This document shows positions 16,766-26,561 of a stretch of 36,501 nt of DNA, one piece after another. Every line of letters starts with the position of its first letter. Position 1 is the stretch's first letter. The notes beneath the pieces were generated by a model, which was not told the DNA's origin, did not search any database, and saw nothing but the letters and a program-made list of their open reading frames with translations. The stretch is from the IMG/VR virus record IMGVR_UViG_3300020044_000427, positions 1-36,501 of that record; one strand, given 5' to 3'. Both the position numbers and the translations under genes were made by a program. Origin of the DNA: a virus (lineage: Duplodnaviria; Caudoviricetes).

Positions 16766-18672
16766 TAGCGACGTCCATCGGGGCGAGCATCCAAGCGCGG
16801 TGCACCCAGCTGCCACTGTACCCCAAGTTGATCGGAACTAATTTTTATCGCCATCTGACGCGCACGTGCGCGAACAAAGACCTGATCTGTATACTGGTTC
16901 ACCGACGTAGTTATCACGCGCTGGGCATCTGCAGGGTCGATAGAGACCGGAGCACCGGGGAAATTGCGTGGGCGTACAGTAAGTGTTACTTCAGCAGCCG
17001 TAGCGGTAGAAGTCGCAAAGCTAACGTCTGGCAGTATACGCCGAGTAAGCATGAACTGGTCGCCGTCATCAAGATCAAAGTCAGACGACTGGATATAGCT
17101 CGTCATAGGCAGCGTGTCATCGTTGATACCGTTCTCGTGCTCGTAGATATTCCCGACTGAAGTACCGCCCGGAGTGTTTGCTGCCTGTGGGTAGTAACGC
17201 ACAGCAGTATCGAGCCATGCCGTACGGTCAATCGTACCGTAATACCAGATGCGCTCCAGATGGTTATAGACCACATAGGCGTTATTATAGTCCGAGTCAG
17301 CGGTAGGGTAGAACCACCAGACTTCGTTCCATTGCTCATTGGTGCCGCATACCACTTGGTCGGATTGGTTGAGGTTGAAGTCATTAAACACGTGGTTACG
17401 CAAGGTGCAGGGCAGCGTCTCAACACGACCGGTGTAGGCATAGAACTTATCCTGCCCCATCCAGTAGGTAATGTTAGCCGCTGTAGCTACCGCACGTGGC
17501 GACATAATTGAGATGTTATCCGCATACTCCTGCAGACCGAACACATCGGTCGTACCTAAGAACTGCAGGGTATATAGGTGGCTGTCGGTCCAGACTAAGA
17601 TTTCCTGCCGTGTAGGCAGAGCGCGCACAATGCGTGAACCACGAGAAACGCGTAGGAAGCCAGCGGTATTAGTAACTGTAGGGGTCCAGTCACCCGGCGT
17701 ATCTTGGTCAGCCCAGCGGATTAACAGAGGATCGAAATCAGCGGGGTTAGTAGACCCGAACGGAACTGCACCGAAAGCTAGCAAGTGCTTATCCTGCTGC
17801 GATACCAGCAACTGCATAATCTTAACGGGGACCGATGCTGCCGTAAACCCTTGTGCAGTCGCGTAATCTGATAGGCTAATAGCCCGAGTGCCCAATGCGC
17901 TCTGTGGGTCAGTTGCTACACCACGCTCCCACCAGTAACCTTCACCGTTGCGGATATTCATCACTAGGTCGTTATCGAAGTTATCAAACCACCAGTCGCG
18001 CTGCGGCGATACTAACGGCTGGTCAGCACCTAAACCCCAAGCGTTCCGACCCCATGTACCTACACCCCAGCCATAGCCGTAGGTAGTAATGGCGTTGCCC
18101 GGAGAAATCTCCATCTGTACAATAATGGCAGTGCCGCCCCCACCAGTGACCGTAGATGTCGCAGCGGTAGTTACTTCTATAGTGAATGAGAAGTTGCTGA
18201 TGACTGAGGTGATGCGATGATTGGCATTAAGTTCTGAGGCAGGGACACCACCTACGGCCCCTGAAACACCTGAAATCTGCACATAAGCGCCAGCTACAGC
18301 ATTGGTCGCAGTAACCGTAGTGATTGTAACCGTGCGAGACCCGTTGGTTGTGTAGACGCAGTTGTCCGAGTTTGTGGTGCTGATTGTCGTACGGATGGGC
18401 GTGATGTCGTAGAAGTACCCCCCAACCTCGATGTAGACCTTGTCGTTAGTGCCTACGGCTAGGAAATCATCTGTGAACGTAGTGACCCAGTTCCACATCT
18501 GGCGACATGTACCGATAAACGTACGGGGAGTAGCCTTAACCCACCCACCTAGCTTCTCAGGATAACCGGAGCGGAACCTAATCTTGTCGCACTCATACCA
18601 GCCGCCCTCGTTGGAGTAGTCGGTTTGGTCGCGGTTTACACCGGGTTTGAACTGGAGCTTGATGAAGGCCAT
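16765..18672 (-). CDS. Tail nozzle / packaged-DNA stabilization protein (P22 gp10-like beta-propeller), 635 aa
   Basis: FKPGVNRDQTDY, KIRFRSGYPEKLGGW, LLIRWADQD, EVWWFYP, YVVYNHLERIWY; position upstream of ejection genes. Confidence 0.75.
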   Translation of the reverse strand: MAFIKLQFKPGVNRDQTDYSNEGGWYECDKIRFRSGYPEKLGGWVKATPRTFIGTCRQMWNWVTTFTDDFLAVGTNDKVYIEVGGYFYDITPIRTTISTTNSDNCVYTTNGSRTVTITTVTATNAVAGAYVQISGVSGAVGGVPASELNANHRITSVISNFSFTIEVTTAATSTVTGGGGTAIIVQMEISPGNAITTYGYGWGVGTWGRNAWGLGADQPLVSPQRDWWFDNFDNDLVMNIRNGEGYWWERGVATDPQSALGTRAISLSDYATAQGFTAASVPVKIMQLLVSQQDKHLLAFGAVPFGSTNPADFDPLLIRWADQDTPGDWTPTVTNTAGFLRVSRGSRIVRALPTRQEILVWTDSHLYTLQFLGTTDVFGLQEYADNISIMSPRAVATAANITYWMGQDKFYAYTGRVETLPCTLRNHVFNDFNLNQSDQVVCGTNEQWNEVWWFYPTADSDYNNAYVVYNHLERIWYYGTIDRTAWLDTAVRYYPQAANTPGGTSVGNIYEHENGINDDTLPMTSYIQSSDFDLDDGDQFMLTRRILPDVSFATSTATAAEVTLTVRPRNFPGAPVSIDPADAQRVITTSVNQYTDQVFVRARARQMAIKISSDQLGVQWQLGAPRLDARPDGRR

Positions 18673-18677
18673 ACAGC

Positions 18678-19355
18678 TTATCCGATATAAGTTATCGTGA
18701 GCGAGCCGCCCGAGGGGACGACGATGGGGTAGGACACACCGGGAGTGACAGCGACGTTAGTGAAGTTTGTAGTTACTGCAGGCACCGTAGTACGATATGG
18801 TTCTGTGCCAGTGAGTGTGCCGCCGGGGAATGTTTTACCTACACCTGTAGTAGCAGTGCCATTGCTGCCGAGTTCGTATCCATTTACAACGATGAACCAA
18901 TAGTCTGTACCAGCACTATACAGGATATTTCCGCTAGTCTGGGGTGATCCAAATGTGGTTACACTGTAGCTACTACCGGAAACCCACACGTCCTTATAAA
19001 AAGGAGACTCGTTCCACGTGTCGTCGGTACCTATAAAATACGATAGTCCGGCAGATGGGAGTAAGTTTACTCCAGTGTTACCCGCGACTACGGCAATCTC
19101 TGACTGGTGGTTAGCATAGAGGTCAGCCCACTGCGCGTAAGGTGGATTATCTAGCGCGCTAAGTCCTACTGCAAATGCACCGGCCGACGAAAAACCTAGG
19201 TTAGTCGTAAAGGTATCGGCGGTAGCCGCACCTCCATACCCGCTCATAGTGCGTAGCACGCTGACACCGGTTGGGGCGACCCACGTAGTGTTTGACGTGA
19301 ATGTTACCGTCTGTAAGGTGCCGCCACTGGCGCTTTTAGATGCGGCAGAAAACAT
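18678..19355 (-). CDS. Tail-fibre-associated Gly/Thr-rich protein
   Basis: TFTSNTTWVAPTGVS and VAVTPGVSYPIVV motifs typical of phage glycine-rich tail domains. Confidence 0.6.
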   Translation of the reverse strand: MFSAASKSASGGTLQTVTFTSNTTWVAPTGVSVLRTMSGYGGAATADTFTTNLGFSSAGAFAVGLSALDNPPYAQWADLYANHQSEIAVVAGNTGVNLLPSAGLSYFIGTDDTWNESPFYKDVWVSGSSYSVTTFGSPQTSGNILYSAGTDYWFIVVNGYELGSNGTATTGVGKTFPGGTLTGTEPYRTTVPAVTTNFTNVAVTPGVSYPIVVPSGGSLTITYIG

Positions 19356-20131
19356 TAGAAGTTTTGCCCAAAGGTAGACCCGTAGGTGTTGGTTCCGTCT
19401 TGGAAGAAGGAAAAGATGTCGATCTTACCGTTGACGCTTGTAGCAACCGGGGCGACCCCAGCGTTCCACTTAAGCGTAGAACCACCCGCCCAAGTCAGAG
19501 TATGAGTGCCACCATACTGCACCATGATAACAAACGATTTACCCGCAACCGAGGCAGGTAGTGTGATGGTGGTATTGGCATTAGTCGTGAACCGCTGCAC
19601 AGTGCCGTTGGAGAGCGTGACCGTAAACGAAGAACCCGCCGCAGGCGCATATAGCGTCTCTACGTAGTTAGTCACCGTAGGGTTAGTTAGCGCTTGGTCG
19701 GTGATGGGCGAAGCAACAGTAAGGGACGTCAGGTGAGTAGTCGCAGCTACCACGTTTGTAGCATCATTGTAGACCCACAGCGTCTTACCTGCTGGAACTG
19801 CGATACCTGTGCCGGTAGCGTTCTTGATCGTGATTGCATCTGCGCAATCATTCTGAACGATGTAGACCTTCTCGATGGCAGGCACGATGAGGTTGCGAGC
19901 ACCACCAGTAGTCCCTGTGCAGCGCAGGCGCATGTTGCGCGCCGTCTGTGTAGCGTTGGTATTAGTTAGCGTCAGCGTCACGTTACCGCTAGAGAAGGTC
20001 ACATCAGCAGAGCCAACAATAGCCTCCTCAATAGCCACACCAAGGTTGTCGTTCGTGACGTTACCCCACGTGGTGTTGTTCTCACCTGTGGCCATAAGCT
20101 GAATTTTGAGGTTGCTATATGTGCTCGGCAT
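19355..20131 (-). CDS. Tail fibre protein
   Basis: MPSTYSNLKIQLMATGENNTTWG N-terminus; Thr-rich beta structure; C-terminal LSNGTVQ...TLTWAGG...KIDIFSF domain. Confidence 0.7.
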   Translation of the reverse strand: MPSTYSNLKIQLMATGENNTTWGNVTNDNLGVAIEEAIVGSADVTFSSGNVTLTLTNTNATQTARNMRLRCTGTTGGARNLIVPAIEKVYIVQNDCADAITIKNATGTGIAVPAGKTLWVYNDATNVVAATTHLTSLTVASPITDQALTNPTVTNYVETLYAPAAGSSFTVTLSNGTVQRFTTNANTTITLPASVAGKSFVIMVQYGGTHTLTWAGGSTLKWNAGVAPVATSVNGKIDIFSFFQDGTNTYGSTFGQNF

Positions 20132-20140
20132 CTTCGTTCC

Positions 20141-20845
20141 TTACGTGGGGATTTGCGCCCATACTACGGTATTACCATCGTTTATCTGTGCCCAACCGGT
20201 GCTTTGGGCGTCATCTACTGGTACCCAGTTTGGTGTCTGATTGTCATTAATAACGCTCCACACCAACGGAGTTGTAACTAATCCTGCGGCTTGTACACCA
20301 GTGACAAAGACTTTACAACCAGCTACTACGGTAGCGGTTCCCACCTGACCGGTAGCAGTAACACCTGATACGAGCACGTTTTTAACTACGCGTGCGTCAA
20401 CAGAGTTAAGCAGCGCAGAAGCTTGTAGACCGGTTACAGTGACTGCGGCCTTACCTGAAGTAGTTACCGTACCTACCGCACCTGATGCAACTAAACCGGA
20501 AACCAGCACAGCCGTGTTAACAACTGCACTAGCGGTACCTATAACACCTTGAGCAGATACCGAGGTAAGTGCTGTAGTAGAGGTAGCTTTTACAAGTACC
20601 GAGCCAAGGGAGGCGCTGCCTTCTACACCCGTCACCGGGACTTTAAAAACAGTCTGTACCTGTACCGTGCCTATTTGGCCCGTACCAACGTCGTCATTGG
20701 GGTCTACCGATATACTACCATCACCAGCAACACCTACACCGTCATCAATAACGTCGAGTGTAAAGCCAGTTAACGTAACAGCTACCGACTGCTTTCCTGA
20801 GATATCGGAAAAAGCCGTAGACGCGAAAGGAGAGAAACCGAACAT
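20141..20845 (-). CDS. Virion structural protein with Val/Thr/Gly beta repeats
   Basis: ~25-aa repeats V-[ST]-G-[VL]-x-A-x-G-x-V-G-T; Trp-repeat C-terminus; strong RBS. Confidence 0.65.
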   Translation of the reverse strand: MFGFSPFASTAFSDISGKQSVAVTLTGFTLDVIDDGVGVAGDGSISVDPNDDVGTGQIGTVQVQTVFKVPVTGVEGSASLGSVLVKATSTTALTSVSAQGVIGTASAVVNTAVLVSGLVASGAVGTVTTSGKAAVTVTGLQASALLNSVDARVVKNVLVSGVTATGQVGTATVVAGCKVFVTGVQAAGLVTTPLVWSVINDNQTPNWVPVDDAQSTGWAQINDGNTVVWAQIPT

Positions 20846-20889
20846 TATTTAGCCTCCCTCCTTCCTATAGTTAAGGGTTTAGGTTAGTC

Positions 20890-21072
20890 TTAGTTACCTA
20901 GGTATTGCGAAGCAGCGGCAGCGACAGTAGCGATGGTGGCGAGGATACCAGCCAACTTAACTTTCCAACCCATCTTCGGCTTTTCGCCGTCCATAGGAAG
21001 TATCTTACCTGCGGCTTTCTTGAGGATCGCCTTTTCAGCTTCTTTCTTCAGTGTGCTCTTAAAATCAACCAT
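20890..21072 (-). CDS. Small membrane protein at the end of the lysis cassette (60 aa)
   Basis: AAGGAG RBS; Lys-rich N-terminus and hydrophobic C-terminal helix LAGILATIATVAAAA. Confidence 0.6.
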   Translation of the reverse strand: MVDFKSTLKKEAEKAILKKAAGKILPMDGEKPKMGWKVKLAGILATIATVAAAASQYLGN

Positions 21073-21083
21073 TGTAGTTCTCC

Positions 21084-21695
21084 TTATGCCCAAGCAGCGT
21101 ACTTCTTGGTCTTCAGTTTACGGTCGTCTAAGCCGTGTGTACCACCATTTATGCGTTTTGTCAGCGCAAGTATTGCGGCGTCGTTAATACCTTGGTCACA
21201 GATACCCCACAGCTTGTTCTTGTCAAAGAACCACAAGGCGCTCTCGAAGGCAAGTTCTGTGGCAACAAGGTCTGGGTTCGTCATCACGTCAGGGCGACCG
21301 ATGTAATCAGAGAACGCCTTGAAATTAAATTTGCCCGTCAATTGGAGACTGCCTCGGCCTCGAAAAAGCCAGCCTTCGCCTGATGCTTCGTCGCCATTAC
21401 CCATGCGGTTGGCGTAGACACGGTTGGCAATCTTCTGCGGTTGGCGCTCGTAAGCCTTAGCCAACGCATCGGTTGGGAAGTATTTACGGAAGATGCTGCG
21501 TAGACCCTTCGCGCCGTAGTTCAAGTTCTCGCTGAACGCCTTGAAGTTGCCCGACTCATGCGCCGTTTGAGCAAAGAAATGCGCAGCCCGATTAGGTGAT
21601 AATTTATAGTAAGCCGCAGCCGCCTTAAGTGTACCCGGACCGAACGCACCATCTGCGGTTACTCCAATCTTTTTCTGAAGTTCAATCAAGCTCAT
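21084..21695 (-). CDS. Endolysin, glycoside hydrolase family 19, with an N-terminal PG-binding-like segment
   Basis: AAHFFAQTAHESGNF, ENLNY, FRGRGSLQLTGK, TKRINGGTHGLDDR; N-terminal LQKKIGVTADGAFGPGT. Confidence 0.92.
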   Translation of the reverse strand: MSLIELQKKIGVTADGAFGPGTLKAAAAYYKLSPNRAAHFFAQTAHESGNFKAFSENLNYGAKGLRSIFRKYFPTDALAKAYERQPQKIANRVYANRMGNGDEASGEGWLFRGRGSLQLTGKFNFKAFSDYIGRPDVMTNPDLVATELAFESALWFFDKNKLWGICDQGINDAAILALTKRINGGTHGLDDRKLKTKKYAAWA

Positions 21696-22159
21696 TTGCC
21701 AGCACTCCGCCAATCAGGAAAGTCAAGTTCGTCAACCACGCCGTCGCCGTTGGCATCATAGCGCAGATCGTTGCGGTACTTCTCCCAAGGCTCCATGTCG
21801 TCATCATCGTCATCTTCAGGCTCGTCAACGGGGGTTTCGACATGCACCGTTGTCAGTTCGAGCGGAGCTTCTGGTTCAGGTGCTTCTGGCTCAGGTTCTT
21901 TGTCCCGCGCATTGGCGTTGAGGCTCAGGCCGCCCAGCAGTCCAACGAACGCGCCGATGATGGTCTGGAAGGCGGGGTTAACCATCTCAAGGATGGCGGT
22001 GCTTTCTATGACGTCATTAGGCATGAACAACCCCACGGCGAGCGTCAGTACGACCACAAGGATAACTGCCGACAGCGTGACGATGGCCACGCGCACAACA
22101 AACTCGACGGTGTCGTTGACACCTTCACCCTTGCTCTCAAAACTATTTAGGAAGCTCAT
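21692..22159 (-). CDS. Holin-like 2-TM protein with acidic tail and EF-hand-like loop
   Basis: Two hydrophobic helices; directly upstream of the endolysin (ATGA overlap); DANGDGVVDELD. Confidence 0.6.
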   Translation of the reverse strand: MSFLNSFESKGEGVNDTVEFVVRVAIVTLSAVILVVVLTLAVGLFMPNDVIESTAILEMVNPAFQTIIGAFVGLLGGLSLNANARDKEPEPEAPEPEAPLELTTVHVETPVDEPEDDDDDDMEPWEKYRNDLRYDANGDGVVDELDFPDWRSAGK

Positions 22160-22436
22160 CTTCTTCTCCTTCGATATTCTCTGGCGGCTTCGGCGTCATT
22201 GAGCCGTTGCCCTGACCCGCCATTAATCCTGCCAACGCCCCGACGATAAATGTCGCTATCGGGTTAATCAGCTTAAAAAACTCAGCGTCATTCGGGGACT
22301 GCCCCTCCATCGGCTGCGACACAAACACCAGCGAGTACAGCACGGTCGCCACAATAAACGTCAGTGTTAGCGACAGTACGATGCCGACGATGAACCGCAG
22401 CAGTTCCTCTGGCGACCATTCACTTCTCGGCTTCAT
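22143..22436 (-). CDS. Holin-like 2-TM protein (paralog of the downstream gene)
   Basis: FIVGIVLSLTLTFIVATVLYSLVFV and LINPIATFIVGALAGLMAG helices. Confidence 0.6.
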   Translation of the reverse strand: MKPRSEWSPEELLRFIVGIVLSLTLTFIVATVLYSLVFVSQPMEGQSPNDAEFFKLINPIATFIVGALAGLMAGQGNGSMTPKPPENIEGEEDELPK

Positions 22437-22611
22437 GCTCTTTCTCTTCACCCGTATCAATTAGCCATTCGGTGCAATAGCCCATAGCGATACACTTGGG
22501 CTTCTTGCAAATTTCCTCCTGCCAGTTCTCAGGGTCTTGGCAGTCGTACCGATAGCGGTCTTGGCAGCCCATGAGGACCAAAGCCGCGAGGGGTAGCAAA
22601 AACCGTTTCAC
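22420..22611 (-). CDS. Small Cys-rich lipoprotein (o-spanin-like position)
   Basis: MKRFLLPLAALVLMG-C signal peptide II/lipobox; four further Cys. Confidence 0.7.
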   Translation of the reverse strand: MKRFLLPLAALVLMGCQDRYRYDCQDPENWQEEICKKPKCIAMGYCTEWLIDTGEEKEHEAEK

Positions 22612-22677
22612 ATTACACCTTATACTCGAAGTGGGCTACGTTGCGTGCGTAGAACACGCGGCTGATAAGTTGTTCGA

Positions 22678-23016
22678 TCATGCTGCATTCAACGCTTCTA
22701 GACGCGCCCAAACCCAATCGGCGGCAGCTACAGGGTCGAAGGGTATTTGTGTATCGGGGTCTGTAGGGTCCGGCTGCGTCCAGTCCGAACTGACGGATGT
22801 AAGGTATGTCGCAAGGTCTGCTTGCGTTGGAACCAACTCTGCTGGGGCGTAGTCGTCGTTCTCACTCAAACCTACAAATACAGTATCATCGTGTTGCGTG
22901 GTACCGCCCGGGGTCCCTACACCAAATACACCACCCACACCTTCAGGATGCAGGCAGAGTAGTTCTGGAACCGTCCCATCAGCGTTTAGCCGGTATTTAA
23001 TGCAATGGTGTGCCAT
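22678..23016 (-). CDS. Hypothetical protein (112 aa) of the propeller/GT module
   Basis: AAGGAG RBS before ATG 23016; MAHHCIKYRLNADGTVP. Confidence 0.7.
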   Translation of the reverse strand: MAHHCIKYRLNADGTVPELLCLHPEGVGGVFGVGTPGGTTQHDDTVFVGLSENDDYAPAELVPTQADLATYLTSVSSDWTQPDPTDPDTQIPFDPVAAADWVWARLEALNAA

Positions 23017-23725
23017 GTAAAAACTCCTTATACGCGCCGCTAAAACAGTACGCCCCAAAGTGGCCCAGTTCGCACCACGGTGCGGCCCAAACCGTTCCGC
23101 CGTGTTTACGGTATTCGTGGCAAAAATGATAGTCCTCTGACAACAACTTGCCGTCTTCTACCAAAACGCGAAAAAAGTCGTGGACCTCTTCCTCTGGCGG
23201 AATGCTCGCGCCACCATTGGTGTAAGTCTGCGCGTGCTCTGCGAGGTCTTCGAATACGTCACGTCGGATTAGCATGAAGCCAGTGCCGATGTGCTCGACT
23301 TGGAACGGCTCGTCCGCGCTGACCATGTCGTGACCGGGTAGTAGGTTAAGGTTGAAAATGCCAGTCAGCGCGGCGAGGTTCGGGTGGTTAAGCACCGCCC
23401 CCTGCCGCACGCGGTCCCAGTTGATACCCTTCATGGGCACCGGACCGCCGATGATACCTTTGTCCGCCTTAATCATAAGCGCGACGTCGTTTGCGCGGAA
23501 GCGCTGGTCCGCGTCGATGAAGAGCAGGTGAGTGGCATCGGGAATGCGCAGGAAGTGATGCGCGATTGTGTTGCGTCCGCGTTGGATCAAGCTCTCGTTG
23601 CCGAGGAAGATACAGGTCAACTGAATGTCGTACTGCATGCACGCCTCTTTGAGCGCTAGCAACGACTGCGTGTACTCGGTACACATCATACCCCCGTAGC
23701 AGGGCGTGCCGATGACGAGGTGCAT
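22997..23725 (-). CDS. Glycosyltransferase-like protein (GT-A/GT2-like fold)
   Basis: IGTPCYGG, ESLIQRGRN, HLLFIDAD (DxD), GTGFMLIRRDVF, LSEDYHFC, LGHFG. Confidence 0.8.
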   Translation of the reverse strand: MHLVIGTPCYGGMMCTEYTQSLLALKEACMQYDIQLTCIFLGNESLIQRGRNTIAHHFLRIPDATHLLFIDADQRFRANDVALMIKADKGIIGGPVPMKGINWDRVRQGAVLNHPNLAALTGIFNLNLLPGHDMVSADEPFQVEHIGTGFMLIRRDVFEDLAEHAQTYTNGGASIPPEEEVHDFFRVLVEDGKLLSEDYHFCHEYRKHGGTVWAAPWCELGHFGAYCFSGAYKEFLHGTPLH

Positions 23726-24552
23726 CAGACCGCACTCTCGTCGGTGGGTTGCTTGGTGTTGGTCAGGCTCTGTTGGTCAAGCAGACTGAACCCGCGATAC
23801 GCAGCAAACTTCTCAGGGTCGTCGGCCCACTTATCAGCGCACGCCTCTAACCACTTAAGCGTCATCTCATGCGTAGGCGCAACACCTTTAGAGATTAGGT
23901 CATTCTCCATGTGCAAATAGGCAAAGACTTCTGCCTGTGCCTGCGCGGCGTTAATACCTAGGTCAAACAGGTAAATCATATTACCTTCATCAATAACGCC
24001 TTGGCGGCTACGGGCGGCGTTGAGCCCCTGCTTCATGCAGGTCATTATATGGTAGCGGCACTCCTCGCGCTCGTAATCTTCTTCAGTAATAGTGGTTTTG
24101 CCTACCTTCTCCAGCAACTGTTTGTGCTGGTTCACAAAGAAGTTCATCTTGCGGATTGCGCCGTTTACGTGGTTCTGCGTTCCTTCTAGCTGGTACTGCA
24201 GTTCGAGTATTTCAACCTCAAGTAACTCTTTGTCGAATATATTCTCGGCTGTTTCGAGGTCAGCTTGTTTGCGTTTAAGCTCGACTTGCTTCTTACGCAT
24301 ACCAATATACGCCTCCTGTAGCGCCGAGCGCGTACGGTCAATTTCGGCTAGCGTGTGCTTAATCGACCGGATAGGTGTAATCGCGGTGACGTCGAGCGAT
24401 ACTTGCATAAACTGCGAGTGGCTCTTGTAGAAGTTACTTGTGTCTTGCATTACCACAGGCATCCGCTCGTGGATGTTCTGGAGCATGTTACTGTACTCAG
24501 GCTTAGATACCGGCAAAGCCGTAGTAAGGTCCATTAGGGTTAGGTCGTTCAT
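23725..24552 (-). CDS. Coiled-coil protein of unknown function (275 aa)
   Basis: Long heptad-rich helix LAEIDRTRSALQEAY...LELQYQLEG; TGATG coupling to the GT gene. Confidence 0.75.
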   Translation of the reverse strand: MNDLTLMDLTTALPVSKPEYSNMLQNIHERMPVVMQDTSNFYKSHSQFMQVSLDVTAITPIRSIKHTLAEIDRTRSALQEAYIGMRKKQVELKRKQADLETAENIFDKELLEVEILELQYQLEGTQNHVNGAIRKMNFFVNQHKQLLEKVGKTTITEEDYEREECRYHIMTCMKQGLNAARSRQGVIDEGNMIYLFDLGINAAQAQAEVFAYLHMENDLISKGVAPTHEMTLKWLEACADKWADDPEKFAAYRGFSLLDQQSLTNTKQPTDESAV

Positions 24553-24588
24553 TATATTGTTCCTTGCGGAGAATGGGTCGGGGAAAAA

Positions 24589-25599
24589 TTAAGTTAGGCC
24601 ACCATGCGCGTTCGAGCAAGCCCCCAACCCGTAACGGGCAACCGTGAGGTCGCCAAAGTCCGTAGCACTGCCATTGGTTGCAAAGGTAATGTAATCAATA
24701 ACATTCGAGTATGTTGTGGTATAACCACCAGCAAACACCCCCCTAGTGGCGGAGCCTGTCCCTGATAGGTAAGTCCTAGTTACGCTAAGGTTTCCAAAAG
24801 AAGAAGCATTCCCTAGGGTCGCTATGGTTACTACAGATATAGCAGCCGTATTCGTCGAACCGTTATCGCCGCCCCCAAAGACTGCCCTAGTAGCTGATGA
24901 ACATGCACCGCTATACTCAACCAACGCGTTCAAGTCGCCAAAGTATGTTGCATCCCCGGTGGACGTGAGGGTTACATAATCTATGGTGTTGACCACAGTG
25001 TTTGTGTAGCCGCCCCCAAACAATCCCCGTGTCAGAGACCCGCACCCGGAAAGTGCATATCGCGCCAAAGATAAAGACCCAAAGCTGGTGCTATTGCCAG
25101 TAGTGGCCGTAACCACGTATGTGATTGTGTTAACTCGGGCACCGCTCACCATGCCGCCCGCGAACAAAGAAATTACGTTAGACGCGCACGCCGCAGGGTA
25201 GCCTGTGTTAGCAGGTAAATCCCCAAAATCCGTAGCATTCCCCGTGGACATGATTGTTACGTAATCAATTGTGTTGCCAGAACCGCCAGCACCCCCCGCA
25301 AATAGCCCACGCACGCGAGAGGATGCGCCCGTAAGGAAATACCTAGCGGCTGTAAGATCGCCAAATGTGGTTGCGTTCCCAGTGGTCGTTATAGTGATGT
25401 AGTCAATACGGTTTGTAGTCAGGAAGCCGCCGCCGAAGACTGCTCGGGGTGTAACGCCAGCAGTCGGCCAGAGCCCTTGGTCAGTCCAATAGCTTGCGTC
25501 CGAGAGTGTCCATACGCCCGGAGCAGCCCCATCTTGGAACGGTCCTGCGGGGGTGACGGGAGTACCGCGTATGATACCACCGGGCCAAGTCTGGCTCAT
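24589..25599 (-). CDS. Kelch-like 6-repeat beta-propeller tail protein 3
   Basis: Six ~46-aa repeats RG[VL]FxGG...IDYxTIxxxGNATDFGDL..R; ends SNAHGGLT. Confidence 0.8.
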   Translation of the reverse strand: MSQTWPGGIIRGTPVTPAGPFQDGAAPGVWTLSDASYWTDQGLWPTAGVTPRAVFGGGFLTTNRIDYITITTTGNATTFGDLTAARYFLTGASSRVRGLFAGGAGGSGNTIDYVTIMSTGNATDFGDLPANTGYPAACASNVISLFAGGMVSGARVNTITYVVTATTGNSTSFGSLSLARYALSGCGSLTRGLFGGGYTNTVVNTIDYVTLTSTGDATYFGDLNALVEYSGACSSATRAVFGGGDNGSTNTAAISVVTIATLGNASSFGNLSVTRTYLSGTGSATRGVFAGGYTTTYSNVIDYITFATNGSATDFGDLTVARYGLGACSNAHGGLT

Positions 25600-26561
25600 G
25601 TCAACCCTCCGTTTGCGTTTGACGCGCCAGCTAAATACCGACGCCTGACCGTAATGTCACCAAAGTCGATTGCATTACCGACTGACGCGATGGGAACATA
25701 GTCAATCACATTTACAAACGCCGAGGTGTAAGCGTCGATGCCTGCCGCGAAAACTCCCCTACTGCGAGACGAGCACGCACCGATCGCCGTGCGAGCGACC
25801 GTTAGGTCCCCAAAGAAAACCCCGTTACCAAGCGTTGCGATGGTAACATACTGGATATTCCCGGCGGATACTTGAAAAGTGCTTGACGCAAAGAGGCCGC
25901 GAGAATTAGACGAACAGCCAGCGTTGCCCCCCTTGTTGCCAGATAGCTGCCCGAAGGTGATAGCATTCCCTGTAGAAGCTATAGTGACGTAGTCAATTAC
26001 GTTGGTGGTGTTCGAAATACCGGCCCCGAACAACCCACGTGTTGGGGAAGAACAAGACCCTGTGGCGTAACGCGTGGTAGTCAAACTACCAAAAGAGATA
26101 CTGTTACCCGTCGATGCAATTGTGATATAGCGAATAACTTGAGTAGCAATAGTAGCCGTTTGACCGCCTCCAAAAACCCCCCGCGTACTAGAGTTACACC
26201 CCCCGAACTCGTACGCCGCAGGAGACATAGACCCAAAACTGATAGCGTTACCAGTAGACGCAATCGTGATATAATCCATCGTGGTAGAGACAGCAGCAAC
26301 ATAACCGCCAGCCCAAACACCGCGAGTGCTGGAGGCACATGCACCGGTACCATACCGGGCAACCGTGAGGTCACCAAAGTCCGTAGCGTTACCAGAACTA
26401 GTTATGGTGATGTAGTCTAAGACGTTTGAGCCAGTAAACGACGAGTCCTGCCCACCGCCAAATACACCCCTTGCGGAAGCATCGTCTGTGACTGGCCAAA
26501 GACCGTCTGCAATAGCCTGTGTAGCTTGCCTAAGTGTCCATACTCCAGAGGCGCTGGGCAT
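25596..26561 (-). CDS. Kelch-like 6-repeat beta-propeller tail protein 2
   Basis: Same six repeats; N-terminal ASGVWTL...GLWP; ends SNANGGLT. Confidence 0.8.
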   Translation of the reverse strand: MPSASGVWTLRQATQAIADGLWPVTDDASARGVFGGGQDSSFTGSNVLDYITITSSGNATDFGDLTVARYGTGACASSTRGVWAGGYVAAVSTTMDYITIASTGNAISFGSMSPAAYEFGGCNSSTRGVFGGGQTATIATQVIRYITIASTGNSISFGSLTTTRYATGSCSSPTRGLFGAGISNTTNVIDYVTIASTGNAITFGQLSGNKGGNAGCSSNSRGLFASSTFQVSAGNIQYVTIATLGNGVFFGDLTVARTAIGACSSRSRGVFAAGIDAYTSAFVNVIDYVPIASVGNAIDFGDITVRRRYLAGASNANGGLT

